This document shows positions 53,501 through 64,000 of a DNA stretch of 64,000 nt, piece after piece; position 1 is the stretch's first letter; each line of letters starts with the position of its first letter. Under the pieces are notes generated by a model. That model saw only the letters and a list, made by a program, of their open reading frames with translations, was not told the DNA's origin and did not search any database. The translations under genes and the position numbers were made by a program. The DNA is from Eledone cirrhosa (taxonomy: Eukaryota). The DNA is taken from NCBI GenBank assembly GCA_964016885.1, contig OZ024741.1, forward strand, positions 410,564,001 to 410,628,000, in the 5' to 3' direction.

Positions 53501-56500
53501 TATATATCTGAGACAGTAGAGTGTATATACTATATCTGTGACAGTAGATTGTATATACTATATATGTGACAGTAGAGTGTATATACTATATCTGTGACAG
53601 TAGAGTGTATATACTATATCTGTGACAGTAGAGTGTATATACTATATCTGAGACAGTAGAGTGTATATACTATATCTGTGACAGTAGAGTGTATATACTA
53701 TATCTGTGACAGTAGAGTGTATATACTATATCTGTGACAGTAGAGTGTATATACTATATCTGTGACAGTAGAGTGTATATACTATATCTGTGACAGTAGA
53801 TTGTATATACTATATATGTGACAGTAGAGTGTATATACTATATCTGTGACAGTAGAGTGTATATACTATATCTGTGACAGTAGAGTGTATATACTATATA
53901 TCTGTGACAGTAGAGTGTATATACTATATCTGTGACAGTAGAGTGTATATGCTATATCTGTGACAGTAGAGTGTATATACTATATCTGTGAGACAGTAGA
54001 GTGTATATACTATATCTGTGACAGTAGAGTGTATATACTATATATCTGAGACAGTAGAGTGTATATGCTATATCTGTGACAGTAGAGTGTATATACTATA
54101 TCTGTGAGACAGTAGAGTGTATATACTATATCTGAGACAGTAGAGTGTATATACTATATCTGTGACAGTAGAGTGTATATACTATATATCTGTGACAGTA
54201 GAGTGTATATACTATATCTGTGACAGTAGAGTGTATATACTATATATCTGTGACAGTAGAGTGTATATATTATATCTGTGACAGTAGAGTGTATATACTA
54301 TATCTGTGAGACAGTAGAGTGTATATACTATATATCTGTGACAGTAGAGTGTATATACTATATCTGTGACAGTAGAGTGTATATACTATATCTGAGACAG
54401 TAGAGTGTATATACTATATCTGAGACAGTAGAGTGTATATACTATATCTGTGACAGTAGAGTGTATATACTATATCTGTGAGACAGTAGAGTGTATATAC
54501 TATATCTGTGACAGTAGAGTGTATATACTATATCTGTGAGACAGTAGAGTGTATATACTATATCTGTGACAGTAGAGTGTATATACTATATCTGTGTCAG
54601 TAGAGTGTATATACTATATATCTGAGACAGTAGAGTGTATATACTATATCTGTGACAGTAGAGTGTATATACTATATCTGTGACAGTAGAGTGTATATAC
54701 TATATATCGCAGATAGTAGAGTGTATATACTATATCTGTGACAGTAGAGTGTATATACTATATCTGTGACAGTAGAGTGTATATACTATATATCTGAGAC
54801 AGTAGAGTGTATATACTATATATCTGAGACAGTAGAGTGTATATACTATATCTGTGACAGTAGAGTGTATATACTATATCTGTGACAGTAGAGTGTATAT
54901 ACTATATCTGTGACAGTAGAGTGTATCTACTATATCTGTGACAGTAGACTGTATATACTATATCTGTGACAGTAGAGTGTATATACTATATCTGTGACAG
55001 TAGAGTGTATATACTATATCTGTGACAGTAGAGTGTATATACTATATCTGTGACAGTAGAGTGTATATACTATATATGTGACAGTAGAGTGTATATACTA
55101 TATCTGTGACAGTAGAGTGTATATACTATATCTGTGACAGTAGAGTGTATATACTATATATCTGTGACAGTAGAGTGTATATACTATATCTGTGACAGTA
55201 GAGTGTATATGCTATATCTGTGACAGTAGAGTGTATATACTATATCTGTGACAGTAGAGTGTATATACTATATATCTGAGACAGTAGATTGTATATGCTA
55301 TATCTGTGACAGTAGAGTGTATATACTATATCTGTGAGACGGTAGAGTGTATATACTATATCTGTGACAGTAGAGTATATATACTATATCTGTGACAGTA
55401 GAGTGTATATACTATATATCTGAGACAGTTGAGTGTATATACTATATATCTGTGACAGTAGAGTGTATATACTATATCTGTGACAGTAGAGTGTATATAC
55501 TATATCTGTGACAGTAGAGTGTACATACTATATCTGTGACAGTAGAGTGTATATACTATATATGTGACAGTAGAGTGTATATACTATATATCTGAGACAG
55601 TAGAGTGTATATACTATATCTGTGACAGTAGAGTGTATATACTATATCTGTGACAGTAGAGTGTATATAATATATATCTGTGACAGTAGAGTGTATATAC
55701 TATATCTGTGACAGTAGAGTGTATATACTATATCTGTGACAGTAGAGTGTATATACTATATCTGTGACAGTAGAGTGTATATACTATATCTGTGACAGTA
55801 GAGTGTATATACTATATATCTGAGACAGTAGAGTGTATATACTATATCTGTGACAGTTGAGTATATATACTATATCTGTGACAGTAGAGTGTATATACTA
55901 TATCTGTGACAGTAGAGTGTATATACTATATATCTGAGACAGTAGAGTGTATATACTATATCTGTGAGACAGTAGAGAGTATATACTATATCTGTGACAG
56001 TAGAGTGTATATACTATATCTGTGACAGTAGAGTGTATATACTATATATCTGTGACAGTAGAGTGTATATACTATATCTGTGACAGTAGAGTGTATATAC
56101 TATATCTGTGTGACAGTAGAATGTATATACTATATCTGTGACAGTAGAGTGTATATACTATATCTGTGACAGTAGAGTGTATATACTATATATCTGTGAC
56201 AGTAGAGTGTATATACTATATCTGTGACAGTAGAGTGTATATACTATATATCTGTGACAGTAGAGTGTATATACTATATATCTGAGACAGTAGAGTGTAT
56301 ATACTATATCTGTGACAGCAGAGTGTATATACTATATATCTGAGACAGTAGAGTGTATATACTATATCTGTGGCAGTAGAGTGTATATACTATATCTGTG
56401 ACAGTAGAGTGTATATACTATATCTGTGACAATTGAGTGTATATACTATATATCTGTGACAGTAGAATGTATATACTATATCTGTGAGACAGTAGAGTGT

Positions 56501-59500
56501 ATATACTATATCTGTGACAGTAGAGTGTATATACTATATCTGTGACAGTAGAGTGTATATACTATATATCTGTGACAGTAGAATGTATATACTATATCTG
56601 TGACAGTAGAGTGTATATACTATATCTGTGTGACAGTAGAGTGTATATACTGTATCTGTGACAGTAGAGTGTATCTACTATATCTGAGACAGTAGAGTGT
56701 ATATACTATATCTGAGACAGTAGAGTGTATATACTATATCTGTGACAGTAGAGTGTATATACTATATATCTGTGACAGTAGAGTGTATATACTATATCTG
56801 TGACAGTAGAGTGTATATACTATATCTGTGACAGTAGAGTGTATATACTATATATCTGTGACAGTAGAGTGTATATATTATATCTGTGACAGTAGAGTGT
56901 ATATACTATATCTGTGAGACAGTAGAGTGTATATACTATATATTTGTGACAGTAGAGTGTATATACTATATCTGTCACAGTAGAGTGTATATACTATATA
57001 TCTGTCACAGTAGAGTGTATATACTATATATCTGTGACAGTAGAGTGTATATACTATATCTGTGAGACAGTAGAGTGTATATACTATATCTGTGACAGTA
57101 GAGTGTATATACTATATCTGTGTCAGTAGAGTGTATATACTATATATCTGAGACAGTAGAGTGTATATACTATATCTGTGACAGTAGAGTGTATATACTA
57201 TATCTGTGACAGTAGAGTGTATATACTATATATCTCAGATAGTAGAGTGTATATACTATATCTGTGACAGTAGAGTGTATATACTATATCTGTGATAGTA
57301 GAGTGTATATACTATATATCTGAGACAGTAGAGTGTATATACTATATATCTGAGACAGTAGAGTGTATATACTATATCTGTGACAGTAGAGTGTATATAC
57401 TATATCTGTGACAGTAGAGTGTATCTACTATATCTGTGACAGTAGACTGTATATACTATATCTGTGACAGTAGAGTGTATATACTATATCTGTGACAGTA
57501 GAGTGTATATACTATATCTGTGACAGTAGAGTGTATATACTATATCTGTGACAGTAGAGTGTATATACTATATATGTGACAGTAGAGTGTATATACTATA
57601 TCTGTGACAGTAGAGTGTATATACTATATCTGTGACAGTAGAGTGTATATACTATATATCTGTGACAGTAGAGTGTATATACTATATCTGTGACAGTAGA
57701 GTGTATATGCTATATCTGTGACAGTAGAGTGTATATACTATATCTGTGACAGTAGAGTATATATACTATATCTGTGAAGGTAGAGTGTATATACTATATA
57801 TCTGAGACAGTAGAGTGTATATACTATATATCTGTGACAGTAGAGTGTATATACTATATCTGTGACAGTAGAGTGTATATACTATATCTGTGACAGTAGA
57901 GTGTATATACTATATATCTGAGACAGTAGATTGTATATGCTATATCTGTGACAGTAGAGTGTATATACTATATCTGTGAGACGGTAGAGTGTATATACTA
58001 TATCTGTGACAGTAGAGTATATATACTATATCTGTGACAGTAGAGTGTATATACTATATATCTGAGACAGTTGAGTGTATATACTATATATCTGTGACAG
58101 TAGAGTGTATATACTATATCTGTGACAGTAGAGTGTATATACTATATCTGTGACAGTAGAGTGTACATACTATATCTGTGACAGTAGAGTGTATATACTA
58201 TATCTGTGACAGTAGAGTGTATATACTATATATCTGAGACAGTAGAGTGTATATACTATATCTGTGACAGTAGAGTGTATATACTATATCTGTGACAGTA
58301 GAGTATATATAATATATATCTGTGACAGTAGAGTGTATATACTATATCTGTGACAGTAGAGTGTATATACTATATCTGTGACAGTAGAGTGTATATACTA
58401 TATCTGTGACAGTAGAGTGTATATACTATATATCTGAGGCAGTAGAGTGTATATACTATATCTGTGACAGTTGAGTGTATATACTATATCTGTGACAGTA
58501 GTGTATATACTATATCTGTGACAGTAGAGTGTATATACTATATATCTGAGACAGTAGAGTGTATATACTATATCTGTGAGACAGTAGAGAGTATATACTA
58601 TATCTGTGACAGTAGAGTGTATATACTATATCTGTGACAGTAGAGTGTATATACTATATATCTGTGACAGTAGAGTGTATATACTATATCTGTGACAGTA
58701 GAGTGTATATACTATATCTGTGTGACAGTAGAGTGTATATACTATATCTGTGACAGTAGAGTGTATATACTATATCTGTGACAGTAGAGTGTATATACTA
58801 TATATCTGTGACAGTAGAGTGTATATACTATATATCTGAGACAGTAGAGTGTATATACTATATATCTGTGACAGTAGAGTGTATATACTATATATCTGAG
58901 ACAGTAGAGTGTATATACTATATCTGTGACAGCAGAGTGTATATACTATATATCTGAGACAGTAGAGTGTATATACTATATCTGTGACAGTAGAGTGTAT
59001 ATACTATATCTGTGACAGTAGAGTGTATATACTATATCTGTGACATTTGAGTGTATATACTATATATCTGTGACAGTAGAATGTATATACTATATCTGTG
59101 AGACAGTAGAGTGTATATACTATATCTGTGACAGTAGAGTGTATATACTATATCTGTGACAGTAGAGTGTATATACTATATATCTGTGACAGTAGAATGT
59201 ATATACTATATCTGTGACAGTAGAGTGTATATACTATATCTGTGTGACAGTAGAGTGTATATACTATATCTGTGACAGTAGAGTGTATCTACTATATCTG
59301 AGACAGTAGAGTGTATATACTATATCTGAGACAGTAGAGTGTATATACTATATCTGTGACAGTAGAGTGTATATACTATATATCTGTGACAGTAGAGTGT
59401 ATATACTATATCTGTGACAGTAGAGTGTATATACTATATCTGTGACAGTAGAGTGTATATACTATATATCTGTGACAGTAGAGTGTATATATTATATCTG

Positions 59501-62500
59501 TGACAGTAGAGTGTATATACTATATCTGTGAGACAGTAGAGTGTATATACTATATATTTGTGACAGTAGAGTGTATATACTATATCTGTCACAGTAGAGT
59601 GTATATACTATATATCTGTCACAGTAGAGTGTATATACTATATATCTGTGACAGTAGAGTGTATATACTATATCTGTGAGACAGTAGAGTGTATATACTA
59701 TATCTGTGACAGTAGAGTGTATATACTATATCTGTGTCAGTAGAGTGTATATACTATATATCTGAGATAGTAGAGTGTATATACTATATCTGTGACAGTA
59801 GAGAGTATATACTATATCTGTGACAGTAGAGTGTATATACTATATATCTGAGACAGTAGAGTGTATATACTATATCTGTGACAGTAGAGTGTATATACTA
59901 TATCTGTGACAGTAGAGTGTATATACTATATCTGTGACAGTAGAGTGTATCTACTATATCTGTGACAGTAGACTGTATATACTATATCTGTGACAGTAGA
60001 GTGTATATACTATATCTGTGACAGTAGAGTGTATATACTATATATGTGACAGTAGAGTGTATATACTATATCTGTGACAGTAGAGTGTATATACTATATC
60101 TGTGACAGTAGAGTGTATATACTATATATCTGTGACAGTAGAATGTATATACTATATCTGTGACAGTAGAGTGTATATACTATATCTGTGTGACAGTAGA
60201 GTGTATATACTATATCTGTGACAGTAGAGTGTATATACTATATCTGAGACAGTAGAGTGTATATACTATATCTGAGACAGTAGAGTGTATATACTATATC
60301 TGTGACAGTAGAGTGTATATACTATATATCTGTGACAGTAGAGTGTATATACTATATATCTGTGACAGTAGAGTATATATACTATATCTGTGACAGTAGA
60401 GTGTATATACTGTATCTGTGACAGTAGAGTGTATATACTATATATCTGTGACAGTAGAGTGTATATATTATATCTGTGACAGTAGAGTGTATATACTATA
60501 TCTGTGAGACAGTAGAGTGTATCTACTATATCTGTGACAGTAGACTGTATATACTATATCTGTGACAGTAGAGTGTATATACTATATCTGTGACAGTAGA
60601 GTGTATATACTATATCTGTGACAGTAGAGTGTATATACTATATCTGTGACAGTAGAGTGTATATACTATATCTGTGACAGTAGAGTGTATCTACTATATC
60701 TGTGACAGTAGACTGTATATACTATATCTGTGACAGTAGAGTGTATATACTATATCTGTGACAGTAGAGTGTATATACTATATCTGTGACAGTAGAGTGT
60801 ATCTACTATATCTGTGACAGTAGACTGTATATACTATATCTGTGACAGTAGAGTGTACATACTATATATCTGAGACAGTAGAGTGTATATACTATATCTG
60901 TGACAGTAGAGTGTATATACTATATCTGTGACAGTAGAGTGTATATACTATATCTGTGACAGTAGAGTGTATATACTATATCTGTGACAGTAGACTGTAT
61001 ATACTATATCTGTGACAGTACAGTGTATATACTATATCTGTGACAGTAGAGTGTATCTACTATATCTGTGACAGTAGACTGTATATACTATATCTGTGAC
61101 AGTAGAGTGTATATACTATATCTGTGACAGTAGAGTGTATATACTATATCTGTGACAGTAGAGTGTATATACTATATCTGTGACAGTAGAGTGTATATAC
61201 TATATATGTGACAGTAGAGTGTATATACTATATCTGTGACAGTAGAGTGTATATACTATATCTGTGACAGTAGAGTGTATATACTATATATCTGTGACAG
61301 TAGAGTGTATATACTATATCTGTGACAGTAGAGTGTATATGCTATATCTGTGACAGTAGAGTGTATATACTATATCTGTGACAGTAGAGTATATATACTA
61401 TATCTGTGAAGGTAGAGTGTATATACTATATATCTGAGACAGTAGAGTGTATATACTATATATCTGTGACAGTAGAGTGTATATACTATATCTGTGACAG
61501 TAGAGTGTATATACTATATCTGTGACAGTAGAGTGTATATACTATATATCTGAGACAGTAGATTGTATATGCTATATCTGTGACAGTAGAGTGTATATAC
61601 TATATCTGTGAGACGGTAGAGTGTATATACTATATCTGTGACAGTAGAGTATATATACTATATCTGTGACAGTAGAGTGTATATACTATATATCTGAGAC
61701 AGTTGAGTGTATATACTATATATCTGTGACAGTAGAGTGTATATACTATATCTGTGACAGTAGAGTGTATATACTATATCTGTGACAGTAGAGTGTACAT
61801 ACTATATCTGTGACAGTAGAGTGTATATACTATATCTGTGACAGTAGAGTGTATATACTATATATCTGAGACAGTAGAGTGTATATACTATATCTGTGAC
61901 AGTAGAGTGTATATACTATATCTGTGACAGTAGAGTATATATAATATATATCTGTGACAGTAGAGTGTATATACTATATCTGTGACAGTAGAGTGTATAT
62001 ACTATATCTGTGACAGTAGAGTGTATATACTATATCTGTGACAGTAGAGTGTATATACTATATATCTGAGGCAGTAGAGTGTATATACTATATCTGTGAC
62101 AGTTGAGTGTATATACTATATCTGTGACAGTAGTGTATATACTATATCTGTGACAGTAGAGTGTATATACTATATATCTGAGACAGTAGAGTGTATATAC
62201 TATATCTGTGAGACAGTAGAGAGTATATACTATATCTGTGACAGTAGAGTGTATATACTATATCTGTGACAGTAGAGTGTATATACTATATATCTGTGAC
62301 AGTAGAGTGTATATACTATATCTGTGACAGTAGAGTGTATATACTATATCTGTGTGACAGTAGAGTGTATATACTATATCTGTGACAGTAGAGTGTATAT
62401 ACTATATCTGTGACAGTAGAGTGTATATACTATATATCTGTGACAGTAGAGTGTATATACTATATATCTGAGACAGTAGAGTGTATATACTATATATCTG

Positions 62501-64000
62501 TGACAGTAGAGTGTATATACTATATATCTGAGACAGTAGAGTGTATATACTATATCTGTGACAGCAGAGTGTATATACTATATATCTGAGACAGTAGAGT
62601 GTATATACTATATCTGTGACAGTAGAGTGTATATACTATATCTGTGACAGTAGAGTGTATATACTATATCTGTGACATTTGAGTGTATATACTATATATC
62701 TGTGACAGTAGAATGTATATACTATATCTGTGAGACAGTAGAGTGTATATACTATATCTGTGACAGTAGAGTGTATATACTATATCTGTGACAGTAGAGT
62801 GTATATACTATATATCTGTGACAGTAGAATGTATATACTATATCTGTGACAGTAGAGTGTATATACTATATCTGTGTGACAGTAGAGTGTATATACTATA
62901 TCTGTGACAGTAGAGTGTATCTACTATATCTGAGACAGTAGAGTGTATATACTATATCTGAGACAGTAGAGTGTATATACTATATCTGTGACAGTAGAGT
63001 GTATATACTATATATCTGTGACAGTAGAGTGTATATACTATATCTGTGACAGTAGAGTGTATATACTATATCTGTGACAGTAGAGTGTATATACTATATA
63101 TCTGTGACAGTAGAGTGTATATATTATATCTGTGACAGTAGAGTGTATATACTATATCTGTGAGACAGTAGAGTGTATATACTATATATTTGTGACAGTA
63201 GAGTGTATATACTATATCTGTCACAGTAGAGTGTATATACTATATATCTGTCACAGTAGAGTGTATATACTATATATCTGTGACAGTAGAGTGTATATAC
63301 TATATCTGTGAGACAGTAGAGTGTATATACTATATCTGTGACAGTAGAGTGTATATACTATATCTGTGTCAGTAGAGTGTATATACTATATATCTGAGAT
63401 AGTAGAGTGTATATACTATATCTGTGACAGTAGAGAGTATATACTATATCTGTGACAGTAGAGTGTATATACTATATATCTGAGACAGTAGAGTGTATAT
63501 ACTATATCTGTGACAGTAGAGTGTATATACTATATCTGTGACAGTAGAGTGTATATACTATATCTGTGACAGTAGAGTGTATCTACTATATCTGTGACAG
63601 TAGACTGTATATACTATATCTGTGACAGTAGAGTGTATATACTATATCTGTGACAGTAGAGTGTATATACTATATATGTGACAGTAGAGTGTATATACTA
63701 TATCTGTGACAGTAGAGTGTATATACTATATCTGTGACAGTAGAGTGTATATACTATATATCTGTGACAGTAGAATGTATATACTATATCTGTGACAGTA
63801 GAGTGTATATACTATATCTGTGTGACAGTAGAGTGTATATACTATATCTGTGACAGTAGAGTGTATATACTATATCTGAGACAGTAGAGTGTATATACTA
63901 TATCTGAGACAGTAGAGTGTATATACTATATCTGTGACAGTAGAGTGTATATACTATATATCTGTGACAGTAGAGTGTATATACTATATATCTGTGACAG
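50588..64000. repeat. 28/30-bp AT-rich satellite, ~470 monomers, open at the right edge of the window
   Basis: Unit TATCTGTGACAGTAGAGTGTATATACTA. The 30-bp variants carry an extra TA, GA or TG dinucleotide; GTGAC/GAGAC is a common substitution. Confidence 0.99.
54200..64000. repeat. HORs within the 28-bp satellite, periods ~2.61-2.64 kb and 3632 bp
   Basis: Rare variants recur: GAAGG at 57776/61408, GACATTTGAG at 59042/62674, GACAGCAG at 56314/58928/62560, GACGGTAG at 55338/57980/61612. Confidence 0.9.

Noticed and set aside
50588-64000. Arrays of TGACAG (TALE-homeodomain-like) sites, and TAATTA in the 48-mer, as regulatory clusters
   Set aside because: Six-bp motifs occur readily by chance in a monomer and are multiplied by amplification; nothing in the sequence supports binding.
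50588-64000. Telomeric repeat or definite centromere call
   Set aside because: No TTAGGG-type repeats are present, and centromere identity cannot be inferred from sequence alone.

Overview
This window is almost entirely eukaryotic tandem-repeat DNA and holds no supportable protein-coding gene, RNA gene or CRISPR array. Positions 1-47196 are a 48-bp satellite (~980 monomers) organised into successive kb-scale higher-order repeat (HOR) domains. Positions 50588-64000 are a second, 28/30-bp quasi-palindromic satellite with its own HORs. The ~3.4-kb junction between them contains, in order: (i) a TTAA-flanked piggyBac-like MITE whose right end has amplified into a 49-bp tandem array; (ii) a 247-bp 5'-truncated retroelement end flanked by a perfect 16-bp target-site duplication (TSD); (iii) an inverted ~13-monomer block of the 48-bp satellite; (iv) a 5'-truncated RTE-clade LINE with a (GAT)n tail that appears to have inserted into the first monomer of the 28-bp satellite. 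Nearly all ORFs in the supplied track arise because the 48-bp and 30-bp monomer lengths are multiples of 3; the only one resembling a real protein family is the RTE C-terminal remnant. The MITE and RTE 3' end resemble, from memory, octopus/cephalopod repeats (not verified). I found no novel gene system; the most interesting signals concern how the satellites arose and how they are joined.
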